Shown one piece after another: positions 46,301 to 53,259 of a stretch of DNA of 64,000 nucleotides. The stretch is taken from assembly GCA_963835585.1 (NCBI GenBank), contig CAWIGF010000001.1, forward strand, positions 226,281 through 290,280. The letters run 5' to 3'. The position numbers and the translations under genes were made by a program. A model generated the notes under the pieces. It searched no databases, was not told the origin of the DNA, and worked only from the letters and a program-made list of their open reading frames with translations. The stretch comes from an uncultured Candidatus Woesearchaeota archaeon (GTDB taxonomy: Archaea > Nanobdellota > Nanobdellia > Woesearchaeales > UBA10107). The first letter of the stretch is position 1. Every line of letters begins with the position of its first letter.

Positions 46301-48634
46301 ATTCATTGTGAAATAAGGCCTTAAACTTCCATCAAAAGCAATTATCCAACCAAGAGTACCTGCCGAAGTAGCTTTTTGCATAATTGTTGTAGCTACAGAA
46401 GCAGTAGGAGCAACCACAACTTCAATAGATACATTTCCTGTAAGATTTAAATAATTCTTATCCGGAACTGATATTGTTCCAGCGCTGGTGAAATTGTAAA
46501 CACAAGGCTGACCTCCCAATCCTGATTTGAGAGATACAGCTCCAGAGACTGATGCAGTATCATTGAAGGTGGAATAATCAGTCGCGTTACTGCCTGAAGT
46601 TGGGAGATATGTCATTGCCAAATTAAGGAAATCCATGGATTGATTATTTATACGCCAATCAGTAACATTATCAATTGTCGAGCCGCCTACGTTGAAGTAA
46701 ACAGTAAGATTCTCGTCAGTATAATTAGTCCCAAGTGTTGAGTTCAAGAATATACTAAGAACAGAAATTGGTGTTGGTAATGTCGTGAAATTATAGATTC
46801 CAGACGTGTTGCATGCTCCTGCAGGAGTACATGATGTCACATTATAGAAATAAATAGTGTTGTTCACCAGTCCTGACACAGAAACATTGTGCACAAGTCC
46901 ATTGTCATTCACGGATATGTTAAATCTCAGCAGATTTGAGCTTTGGTTTCCGTATAACAACGTTGTGTTTGAATTGAGTGAGGTTGTCCAGTTTATCATG
47001 ACGCTCTGGTTTGTTATGCTGTAATTCACAACTCCGGAAATTCCAGGAACCATTGCAGTTCCTGATATGTTGACGTTATCAAGATAGCATCCCCTTCCTA
47101 CGGTAGTGCTAGGAGTGCAATTGAAAGCCAAACGGAAACTTGGATTGTTGCTTGAGTTGCCTGCAGTAAGGAGATAATTATAATTAGTGTAATTAGGAAT
47201 ATTTGTCGTGTTCATCAACAATCCCCAGGCAGTTCCATTCCACCAATTTGCTCCGAAAAATGAGACCACTCCTGTCGTGTTGGCATAGAACGAAATGTTA
47301 ATGTTCTGATAGTAAGCAGTGCTCATATTCAGGTAGAGATATGCTATAGTAGTTCCTGATGAATTGTCCCTTGCCTCATATGTTCCTGCGTAAGGATCTG
47401 TTTTGTTTACTTCCCAACCACTTGATATTGTCCAGGCATTTGACGAGAATAATCCTGTCTCGAAACCATCGAAGAAAGTTCCATTGTTCGCTGTCAGATT
47501 ATTTGGGGCATCATGGATGTAGTCGAATTGTATGAATGGATTCGCATCCGATTCGTTAGGGTCTTGGATCTTGAAGTCAAAAGTATCTTCTGGTTGGTCA
47601 AGGCCGCTAATGCTTACATATTGCTGAGATCCTGAAACAATATCGCTCGTTCCGACCTTCTGATCAGTTCCTGCAACGTATACGTCGAAGTATGCTGAAG
47701 TGTTCGAGCGGGCAACGAAATCAATTACATTGTCATTTGTAAGATTCATCTCATATGTGACCCTGACAAACTCATTTTGGTAGATTGGATCGCTCCAATT
47801 GTTGTCGATTGCCTCTATCTCTGGATATATATCAGAAATGAACGTGTAATTCTCATCCAAATGCTGTGCGTCTATAGCTGCAATAATCTCAGCAAAAGCA
47901 GGGTCATCTTGGGTAAGGGTGAAATTATATTCCTGCCCGGGAATTATCTTCTCGAAAAATTCCCATGTCCCATTGCAAATTCTATTGTCAAAATCCCATT
48001 CCCTGCATTTGTACAATTGGTTGCCAACTGCTATTGCTGTTAATGTTGCATTTGTAAAGTTGACCTGTGTAGGATCAACCGCATATACTTGCTTCCAATC
48101 GGTGTCTTTGTTTAGTCTGGCAATTGAATTGGGAGTGTCATCAACCCTGAGCTTAGAAAGCGTACCTTTATCGACACCATGGAACTCTATACCATGGATT
48201 GGTGTTTTTTTAAGTGTTACAAAAGCAGTTACTTCTGTGTTGTTTCCTATTGTCTCGTTCGAGAAACTAACATTCGCTGAAATCGTGTTGTTATTTGCAT
48301 CAACGACAAAAAATCCTGTTTGAGCTGGCTCCTTTACAAACATGAAAAACCCAAATAAAATAATAATCGCAACCAGACTGACTTTTGCAAAATTAAGATG
48401 AGTTTCCATCTCTATTCTCTTTTTCAGGGAAACTGCCTTTTCCAGATAGCTATTTATTTCATCTTTGAATTCGTGCTCGGATTTACTCTTCAGGATATTT
48501 TGTTTCAGCAGACTATGCTCGAGCTTGCTTATTTTTTTGTTGCTAAGAAGGGAATCTATATAGTCAAGTTTCTTTTCCATGTCCAAGCAAGCTCTTATGC
48601 GTGCATTTATTTCAGCGATATATTCCTTATCCAC
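37127..48634 (-). CDS. giant cell-surface adhesin-like protein (3835 aa): N-terminal cytoplasmic coiled-coil, single TM, parallel beta-helix region, then about 12 or more LamG_3 (concanavalin-A-like) plus Ig-like repeat modules
   Basis: TM helix LVAIIILFGFFMFV at about residue 85. PbH1-like repeats (NNFINDSTGIYFGGGG..., NNTFSSN...). The recurring module ITDWRLNGTSIAVLNMPFEGGSNSTWTRDYSTYGNNGTV...IDNVQIYNRALSPQEILNIY matches the Laminin_G_3 C-terminal signature. Extreme N-x-S/T sequon density. Confidence 0.8.
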   Translation of the reverse strand: MDKEYIAEINARIRACLDMEKKLDYIDSLLSNKKISKLEHSLLKQNILKSKSEHEFKDEINSYLEKAVSLKKRIEMETHLNFAKVSLVAIIILFGFFMFVKEPAQTGFFVVDANNNTISANVSFSNETIGNNTEVTAFVTLKKTPIHGIEFHGVDKGTLSKLRVDDTPNSIARLNKDTDWKQVYAVDPTQVNFTNATLTAIAVGNQLYKCREWDFDNRICNGTWEFFEKIIPGQEYNFTLTQDDPAFAEIIAAIDAQHLDENYTFISDIYPEIEAIDNNWSDPIYQNEFVRVTYEMNLTNDNVIDFVARSNTSAYFDVYVAGTDQKVGTSDIVSGSQQYVSISGLDQPEDTFDFKIQDPNESDANPFIQFDYIHDAPNNLTANNGTFFDGFETGLFSSNAWTISSGWEVNKTDPYAGTYEARDNSSGTTIAYLYLNMSTAYYQNINISFYANTTGVVSFFGANWWNGTAWGLLMNTTNIPNYTNYNYLLTAGNSSNNPSFRLAFNCTPSTTVGRGCYLDNVNISGTAMVPGISGVVNYSITNQSVMINWTTSLNSNTTLLYGNQSSNLLRFNISVNDNGLVHNVSVSGLVNNTIYFYNVTSCTPAGACNTSGIYNFTTLPTPISVLSIFLNSTLGTNYTDENLTVYFNVGGSTIDNVTDWRINNQSMDFLNLAMTYLPTSGSNATDYSTFNDTASVSGAVSLKSGLGGQPCVYNFTSAGTISVPDKNYLNLTGNVSIEVVVAPTASVATTIMQKATSAGTLGWIIAFDGSLRPYFTMNASSVASTFLYKANSSTAISLNNWSDVFVNIFDGNRMELYVNGVLVNTSTISWVNISSGNPILIGMGFIGQMDFVGIYNRTFTPQQILMFNASNRNVIIANNTRPGENWTVAVTPENGVNGVTNISNQVLMLNHIQIISYAPNATTGQTQNTTPGVNTVFINASYNSSGSMTFNVTATESSYEPLTFTWFVNQISTFVQTLTSAFTSSFTEAISSLIGLSNVTAVVNGSNPANNQTFTFQVLTCTVPTNGLNLTGNITLCPGTYYLNTSMIYNTSNVNINCYNTIINGAGFTYLSSSNSNNITIIGCTIENASTAMQFYSVNSSYILQNNFINDSTGIYFGGGGTANPSFNDNILNNTFSSNSVDCLNIVYPTINLTVANNTFFSCNTSIYVAANQTTITSNKITNSFSQGIGIDIHPPAVYTIISNNVINNVSVEGFDLEAGLGGYPGNIITQNTIANGSEYGVYFSGGSGEIPLFNNTIVSNMQDGIYTSAGAVVNATFNTIASNSPYGIELVGGTTAIIFNNIMYNQTGGIALDGGATGSSIGNNSLFNNTYGIIFLAGTTGNVIFNNFWSNNTLDSYVKINGGNNDYLNLSERNNTLSFHGPINFTSIQNIYLNDSIASLNSSAENPLNITSTNFLTLNSKDFSCQNYSIKMLNNFTKNVTLARLQNYTTCEGTSCFNPACSGNPNNIFVTFKVTHWSTYFITNNTPPNITSVFINSTFGTNLTTENLTVYYNLSDPDMDPIVNITDWRLNNISIAVLNMPFEGGSTSNWTRDYSTYGNNGTVVNATWCSSCGYNGQGAYQFDGAISYINMSNKGVFDGASRMSVSWWAKYPAPNTDYPVFIDKYPTSYYAQLLGPTYGAEEGFVFFRWTNAVSYDTLSTYAPSYNTWHYFVAVYNNGDATLYIDGINNTETIGASGSLPSGTDNLYIGSIGLGNYFNGTIDNVQIYNRALSPQEILNINDSQSYIMSNKELNASDNWTACVTPNDDKVDGPTLCSNKILILDAPYISAIYPNSSMQTQNIPYTTTSISIAENVSVANLTFNATGNYIDYSISGPLTFSWFVNQVLALVQTLTSGLTSMFSQLFAATGQYNITVVVNNSYTNNSFTFNLNVTDVNPIVNSVFINSSKRTNTTFENITAYYNETDLAKLPVQNITDWRNNGTSIAILNMPFEVGSNSTWTEDYSTYGNNGTVNNAIWNSTGGYNGFGAYYFDGSGNAADVDEYINVSNLVMGSVNTRTFWFYPQSTDPTSDQYMLDFGGNNYWVSLYGGNTGDTQLNVVGGAGSITYIYGQTPINKTQWYFVAVTTNSNNILTIYVNGNYDSSGMITSGTPGMLDIGRYGGPGYGYGFNGSISDVQIYNRALSPQEIYNLYNNKPYILANTELSPGDNWTACVTPDDGTLEGNTVCSNNIYINNIQLISFYPNKTGQTQNISYMQTNSSSVEPATSANATFVMTANTNQPALTFSWFVNQVLTFVQTLTSSFISTFFNLFSTPGLYNVTVVVNASNPATNQTFRFFVNATNYQPPYANSTLLNSTYGFNTTLENLLFSWNSTSPIGYSLANIIDWRISGNSTMALNMPFEGGSNSTWTRDYSTWGNNGTLNNLVWSATGGYDGYGGYSFSGGYINVSNSQSLNLTDNFTLSAWIYLNDLNTYYFIMAKDSPGSSAGNFEFFPNPSTGALQLYYQNGTNSADYSIYSSPTSMTSNSWNYAVVTIGSGLVSFYLNGLPAGSFAQQGGAPVPNTYPLLIGTRYDFYDYLNGQIDNVQIYRQALSPQEILNIYNNQSYVIDSSMLQVGQNWTACITPTDEIRDGATVCSNNVVIKSGLPVANNITLNSTFGTNYTDENLTVYYNSSSPLNRNITNITDWRMNGNSIALLNMPFEGGSNSTWTRDYSTWGNNGTGYNTIWNATGGYNGYGAYMFNGINAYMLIPSVVGIVNGFTISTWIKENQVAAITNEVVFEDDDVLFRCNIEAPGICDASTLENGGYNPSGPLATTSPISTNWVMLTFVYNNLNISWYVNGVYNTSRYDSGNTLTGGQVPYAALGGGNGGYFNGSIDNLLVFNKSLSSQEILNLYNNQSYIMASQELQPNQNWTACITPNDGTTDGSTVCSNTVFTLNRIKYISFYPNATGQVQNISSGQINVSITGASSTVNNLTFNVTVSESSNEPLTFRWFINQVLTFVQTLASGFTSMFSQLFSKSGLYNVSVTVNGSNSANNVTFKFFVNATYLPPSISFVLLNSTYGYNTSFENLTTYWSVTPGTNAKVINITDWKLNGTSIAVLNMPFEGGSNSTWTRDYSTYGNNGTVINATWNSTGGYNGFGAYMFNGTGFINTTLTMNLNETINYTIMAWFYANNCNNTVSNYPRVLYHPELSIFMNSTCGIIAGYMNATTYTLMNINVTSAKRWNFVAVTRLRTATSVWNYTAYFMGKSVLSVNLSTMPAVANASFYIGANNTGNRFNGTIDNVLVLNQALSPQEILNIYNNQSYVIDSSMLSPGQNWTSCITPNDGTSDGTTVCSNNLYINNVQITNFYPNATGQLQSLTSGQVNVSIIESSSPFTNLVFNITAISGQPSLTFTWFVNQVSTFVQTLASGSTDMFSNLFSKSGLYNVTVVVNGSMPYNATFTFLLNATSFLPPNATSILLNSTYGTNTTAENLTVYWNSTDSNNVSIVNITDWRLNGTSIAVLNMPFEGGSTSTWTEDYSTYGNNGTVVNATWNMTGGYDGHGAYYFNNVNSSYITIPFSQSLNLTQPNITCMAWVYLPVSNFNAGLFFKGPLTGSQGEISFGFYTGSSNTLMVRINGGAQLTGSANLNTGQWYHVAFTYNNINISIFVNGALDNSIAANGPISITNNPFYLGIYHSPGWSFTGMIDNAQIYNRALSPQEILNIYHNQSYVMASQELMPGQNWTACITPNDMSQDGSTVCSNSVFTLNMLNYTSFYPNQSGLVQSTNGAINVSLNLNTSSTTNLTFNVTASESSSEPLTFTWFVNQVSKFVQTLTSGFTSMFSQLFSTSGLYNVSVTVNGSNSANNQTFSFYLNLTSQPPFIVNSVVLLNSTSGT

Positions 48635-48902
48635 CTGCTATTGCCTCTCTTTTTTTCTTTGCCCTGTGATAGCACGTCCATATAGTCCTGTCATCCCTGT
48701 GCAGCAATTCCGCTATTTCATGATACGATAATCCGTAATTTTCTTTCAGAAATTCGACAATTGCTTCCAGGGAAGCAAGAGTCCTGTCTGCGAACACAGA
48801 AATGGGAACAGTGTATTTTTCACTTAATTTTTGAGACAGAACAAAAGCGGTATCAGATGTATTAGTCCTCGATTTAGAATGTTTCTCCACGTCTAACACC
48901 AA
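48627..48902 (-). CDS. small helix-turn-helix DNA-binding regulator (sigma-70 region-4-like HTH)
   Basis: 91 aa; the C-terminal GLSYHEIAELLHRDDRTIWTCYHRAKKK is a classic HTH. Its stop overlaps the giant gene start by 8 nt. Confidence 0.6.
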   Translation of the reverse strand: MVLDVEKHSKSRTNTSDTAFVLSQKLSEKYTVPISVFADRTLASLEAIVEFLKENYGLSYHEIAELLHRDDRTIWTCYHRAKKKREAIAGG

Positions 48903-48906
48903 TTAC

Positions 48907-48990
48907 ACTTACAATGTAAGTTTTTCATATATAAATCTTTTTAAAATAACTTACAATGTAAGTAAGATTTTAAATACTTACAATGTAGGT
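48907..48990. promoter_or_regulatory. three copies of the palindrome ACTTACAaTGTAAGT flanking an A/T-rich TATA-like element upstream of the HTH gene (putative operator array)
   Basis: Copies at 48907-48921, 48949-48963 and 48976-48990 (the third has one mismatch). A TATATAAA sequence at about 48926-48934 lies about 25-30 nt upstream of the ATG at 48902. Confidence 0.55.
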
Positions 48991-49033
48991 ATAAAAGAAT
49001 GTAAACAAAAATGAGAATTTAGTTGGAATAATT

Positions 49034-50491
49034 TTAAGGTTTTCCTTGTCTGTTATAGACGAGAATATAAGGAGTAGTTCCCTCGTTTGCTGCGACGAAT
49101 GCTCTATCTCCATCGTCGATAGCAACATCCGCATATGTGTATGTTGAAGTGGATCCGAACGTAGAGACTGGCGGCAAAAGACTATTCACCAACTGACTTA
49201 GGTCGAATTCTGTGACATCTGTTGTTGTAGCTCCATCAAGTCTGTTGTTAGTAGGATCGTATGACATACCAACAAAAGTGTAAGGACAAGAAATAGTAAC
49301 AGGATTCGTCAAATCAGGATTCGTAACGATAAGGGTATTGTTTGTCAATTTTATAAAATTTTTTAATGATGATGTTGCGATAGTCTCTATGTTTGAACCC
49401 AAATCCGAATTATATGGTTGAGTGTTGCTTGAAGTGAATACTCTAACTACCGAACCATCGCCAGTTACTATATTGCTGTTTCCATCAACGGCAAGTCCTG
49501 TCGGACCTCCATTTGTAAATGTGCCGATATTCGAGGGAGTTGCTTGACTATTATTGACGAAAGAATAAATTGTACCATTATCAGCAACATATTCGTAATT
49601 ACCACCAGAATTTACTGCTATTTTCATTGCAGAAAAAAACGGCGGATTTCTGAGAGCGGTATAGTTGAATGTAGAAGGAGGTGTAAATAACGCAACTTCA
49701 TATTTCCCTTTGTCCAATCCAAATACACTACTACTTCCGGATGCAACCGAGACTATAGGTGAAGAAAATAGTTGTGTTGAAAACCCATTTGTCGTTCCCT
49801 CAGGGCCTACACGAGGTACTGGTGTAAATGTTGGCGTAAATGTAGATGTTGGCGAATTTGTATTGGTCGGAGTGTTTGTTTCCGTAGGTGTTGGCGAATT
49901 TGTTGATGTGTTTGTTGGTGTTGATGTGTTCGTGGAAGTTGGCGTGTAAGTGAAAGTCAGTGAATTGGTAGGCGTTTCTGTGTTAGTTGATGTACTCGTT
50001 GGGGTGGACGTATTTGTACCAGTGAATGTTAGTGTGTTCGTTGGCGTATTTACTGGTGTTAGTGTGTTTGTACCAGTGGATGTGCTTGACGGCGTTGGAG
50101 TGTAAGGAACTGTAGTTAATGTGCTGGTCGGAGTGAAAGATGAGGTGTTCGTTGGAGTGTTTACAGGTGTTAGTGTGTCAGTATCAGTGAATGTTCCGGT
50201 ATTTGATGGTGTTGGAGTGTAAGGAACCGTAGTCAATGTGCTGGTCGGAGTGAAAGATGAGGTGTTTGTTGGAGTGTAAGGAACTGCTGACGTATTCGTT
50301 GGAGTGGCTGTATCCGTGTCAGTAAGCGTTATTGTACTTGTGTATACAGGTGTTGAAGTTTTTCCAATTGATGGTGGTGGCAAGGGCCCTGTAATAAACT
50401 GCCTTGAGCAGCCGCCAATAATGGCTTCCAGGCCAAGTCCGAGAATAATTCCACCTATTTGTATTTTCTTCCTAATGTTCATTTTCATCAC
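49034..50491 (-). CDS. secreted Thr/Pro-rich low-complexity surface protein (likely glycosylated) with C-terminal beta-rich domain
   Basis: Signal peptide, then about 200 aa of TPTNTS/TPS repeats that include a duplicated block of about 40 aa (NTSSFTPTSTLTTVPYTPTPS). The C-terminal 250 aa are not repetitive. Confidence 0.6.
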   Translation of the reverse strand: MMKMNIRKKIQIGGIILGLGLEAIIGGCSRQFITGPLPPPSIGKTSTPVYTSTITLTDTDTATPTNTSAVPYTPTNTSSFTPTSTLTTVPYTPTPSNTGTFTDTDTLTPVNTPTNTSSFTPTSTLTTVPYTPTPSSTSTGTNTLTPVNTPTNTLTFTGTNTSTPTSTSTNTETPTNSLTFTYTPTSTNTSTPTNTSTNSPTPTETNTPTNTNSPTSTFTPTFTPVPRVGPEGTTNGFSTQLFSSPIVSVASGSSSVFGLDKGKYEVALFTPPSTFNYTALRNPPFFSAMKIAVNSGGNYEYVADNGTIYSFVNNSQATPSNIGTFTNGGPTGLAVDGNSNIVTGDGSVVRVFTSSNTQPYNSDLGSNIETIATSSLKNFIKLTNNTLIVTNPDLTNPVTISCPYTFVGMSYDPTNNRLDGATTTDVTEFDLSQLVNSLLPPVSTFGSTSTYTYADVAIDDGDRAFVAANEGTTPYILVYNRQGKP

Positions 50492-50684
50492 TTATTAGTA
50501 ATAACATAGTATATAAATCTTTCTTTTTTAGTCGAATCGGGGTTTGCATATATATTAGTATTTAGTAAAGGAATATTTTAAAATTATTATATAAAAGGGA
50601 ATTGTTGAAAAAAAAACATAAAACAAATGTTTAAATATAAACAAAAATAAGAAAAAAACAATAAAAGGAGTTAAAAAGGCGTTT

Positions 50685-50918
50685 ATGACACAACAGAAAT
50701 CAAACACAGCGTTTCTTGTGTTTCTCGTCATTGCATTGGTCCTGAGCATACTTTTCACGTGGAAGGCACTTGAGGCTAAAAACCCAGTTGAGCAAAGCGC
50801 TCAGGGAAACAGCCAGGCATCGACAAACAATCTTCAGTATCAGCAAACGCCTCTGCAAACCATCGGTCAGGTTGGAATCAACCTAGTGAAACCGGCGCAA
50901 ACAAAAGGGGCACAATAA
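50685..50918 (+). CDS. small secreted/membrane protein, candidate class III (pilin-like) signal peptide
   Basis: MTQQKSNTA followed by a hydrophobic helix FLVFLVIALVLSILF. It is first in a co-directional cluster of secreted proteins. Confidence 0.4.
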   Translation: MTQQKSNTAFLVFLVIALVLSILFTWKALEAKNPVEQSAQGNSQASTNNLQYQQTPLQTIGQVGINLVKPAQTKGAQ

Positions 50919-51556
50919 TGGCGGACATTTCTAACAAGATGCTTGGCATCATAGTAGGTATTGCTCTTGTGATATCGATAATAGGATTATACACTGTATC
51001 GAGTAATTTCGGCTCGATAACCGGGTTCGGAACCACGGGAACTGCACAGATCAACATCACGCAGTCAGCGCAATTGAATGTTACTCAATCTCTAATGGAT
51101 TTCGGGAACGGAACCGTCGCTCAGGGATTTTCCGGCAGCGTAGGTGGTTGCCCTGGTTGTTGCGTGATGTCATCACTTGATGGGTCAAGAGATCCAAATA
51201 GTTGTTTCACTGCGACATGGGGTTTGAAAGATGCTAGTGACAGTTTCCACATACAGAATGTTGGGAATGTACAATTGAATGTAACTGTAAACAGTACTTA
51301 CAACAGTGCGGCTGCTTTCTGGGGCGTAAGCGGTGGAAACTACACATTCAAATGCTTAGGCAATGTGACGAACTATAATGCTATGGCTTATGTAGGTAAC
51401 TGGACAACGCCAAACGGTGTAGCGCAAAATTGCTCGTTCTACTTGAACGCAACAACGTATCAGAATGAGTTCCTGTTGGCCATAAACATCTCGATTCCAC
51501 AGGCAGCATCTGGTTTCAAGAACGATACTTGGACATTCACAGGCACTAAGGCTTAG
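50918..51556 (+). CDS. secreted protein with N-terminal hydrophobic anchor, pilin-like candidate
   Basis: MADISNKMLG followed by IIVGIALVISIIGL, then a sequon-rich beta-type domain. Its start overlaps the previous stop. Confidence 0.45.
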   Translation: MADISNKMLGIIVGIALVISIIGLYTVSSNFGSITGFGTTGTAQINITQSAQLNVTQSLMDFGNGTVAQGFSGSVGGCPGCCVMSSLDGSRDPNSCFTATWGLKDASDSFHIQNVGNVQLNVTVNSTYNSAAAFWGVSGGNYTFKCLGNVTNYNAMAYVGNWTTPNGVAQNCSFYLNATTYQNEFLLAINISIPQAASGFKNDTWTFTGTKA

Positions 51557-51635
51557 AGCCTTTCTTTTTTATTTTTAATTTAGAATAAAAAATAGCGTGT
51601 AGCCCAAAATCTGGCTTTTCAAAAGATTTATTAAA

Positions 51636-52838
51636 GTGCTGAGGGAAATGAATATCATGAAAAAGAGCTGGATAGCACTCATTGTTTTTCAAATTATTCT
51701 TATTCAAGGAATTCATGCCATAGGGTTACGAAGCGACAGTTTATTGGTTGATATCAACTATGTCCCTGGTTTTGAGGGGACATACGGGTATGATGTCATA
51801 CCATTGAACTCGAACCCGACCGATGTTCAGGTTTATGTGAGGGATGATCCAAATGACGGCTACAAAACTCTCCTTGCCAAATATTTCACACTTAGTGATA
51901 CTTATTTCAAACAAATAAAACCTGGAGACATGCCATATTTCACCGTAACTGTAAAACTACCCCCTGGAATAATTGAACCAGGAGGCCACAGGGTAATGGT
52001 GGGAGTTAGAGAATTGGCACCGCCAGGTAGCGGAGGATTTTCAACAGTCACATCCATAGAAGCTATATTTACCATACACGTTCCTTATCAAGGACAGTAC
52101 TTGAAATATTACTTGAGCGCAGATAATGTAAATGAAAATGAATCAATACCCATCAAACTCATCCTTAACAATTTAGGGACAGACAACATAAACAGCTTGT
52201 ATGCGGACATCGACGTTCTTGACCAAAATAATGCAACAGTCGCTTCGACGACAACAGAATCCATTACCTTGGCAACACAGGAAAGCACAACATTGCTCGC
52301 CCAAATTCCCCCGTTTAAAGTCCATCCAGGAAACTATGTCATAAGAGGAACTATCCATTATGATGGGAAAGAGGAAATAGCGTACAACACATTCAAAGTA
52401 GGAAATCTAAATTTTGACATAATCAACGAAACTAATGAGATATATACAGGGAGCATTGATCCTATTTTTGTTACAGTAGCAAGCCAGTGGGCAAATATAA
52501 TAAATAATGTGTACGCAGATATAAAAATAGGAAACGACACACCTGTGCAAACACTTTCAGAAACCGTAAACGGATTTGATACCCAGACACTTACTGCTTA
52601 TTTCGATGCCACAAACGAGACAAAGGGCATAAAACCTATGTCAATCACACTGCATTACCAAGACAAAACAACTACCAAGGATACGCAGATAATGGTCCTT
52701 GAACAAGGCATCACAGAATTTGCCAAGAATATGTCCACGACGAGCATCATATTCATCTTTGTAATACTCACCGTAATAATAATAAACATAACATTATTCA
52801 TATTGTTGATAAAGAAAAAGGATGAAAAAGAAATCTAA
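51636..52838 (+). CDS. secreted protein with signal peptide, Ig/CARDB-like beta domains and C-terminal TM anchor (S-layer/sheath candidate)
   Basis: Signal peptide KKSWIALIVFQIILIQGIHA. C-terminal IIFIFVILTVIIINITLFILLIKKKDEKEI. Confidence 0.5.
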   Translation: MLREMNIMKKSWIALIVFQIILIQGIHAIGLRSDSLLVDINYVPGFEGTYGYDVIPLNSNPTDVQVYVRDDPNDGYKTLLAKYFTLSDTYFKQIKPGDMPYFTVTVKLPPGIIEPGGHRVMVGVRELAPPGSGGFSTVTSIEAIFTIHVPYQGQYLKYYLSADNVNENESIPIKLILNNLGTDNINSLYADIDVLDQNNATVASTTTESITLATQESTTLLAQIPPFKVHPGNYVIRGTIHYDGKEEIAYNTFKVGNLNFDIINETNEIYTGSIDPIFVTVASQWANIINNVYADIKIGNDTPVQTLSETVNGFDTQTLTAYFDATNETKGIKPMSITLHYQDKTTTKDTQIMVLEQGITEFAKNMSTTSIIFIFVILTVIIINITLFILLIKKKDEKEI

Positions 52839-53259
52839 AGCTGGAAAGATTCTGAAATACGCCGCATTCGTGATTGCGGTCATCGTAATAATCATAGTGC
52901 TCGCTCGCGTAGGATATATCACATACCAGGAGTCAAAAATCTATGCCGGCAGAGATATCAATGCTACATTCAGCATAGGCAATAAAGTTGGTTTGTCAGC
53001 TGATGGAGACCGCCTTAATTTCGGAATGGTTTATCCAGGGGGAGACTCAACAAAAGAGATTGTTCTCACCAATGAGTATAAAGAACCGTTGAAGGTAGAG
53101 ATTGAGTATTTCGGAAGCATTACACAAGTCCTCAAACCAGTGGCGCCGTTCTACATCGATCCAAATACAGAGAAAAAAATTGATTTGACAGCGTATGCCA
53201 TCAGCAACAAATATTCCACGTATAACGGAACAGTGCGAATACTTTACATCAAGCAATGA
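52822..53259 (+). CDS. membrane-anchored small extracellular protein
   Basis: N-terminal TM helix AAFVIAVIVIIIVLARV; 145 aa; overlaps neighbours at both ends. Confidence 0.45.
   Translation: MKKKSKAGKILKYAAFVIAVIVIIIVLARVGYITYQESKIYAGRDINATFSIGNKVGLSADGDRLNFGMVYPGGDSTKEIVLTNEYKEPLKVEIEYFGSITQVLKPVAPFYIDPNTEKKIDLTAYAISNKYSTYNGTVRILYIKQ

Noticed and set aside
37727-48323. Plus-strand ORFs within the giant adhesin gene (e.g. 47919-48323, 45531-45761, 41726-41959)
   Set aside because: They are antisense to the giant repeat gene. Their recurrence simply mirrors the sense-strand repeats.
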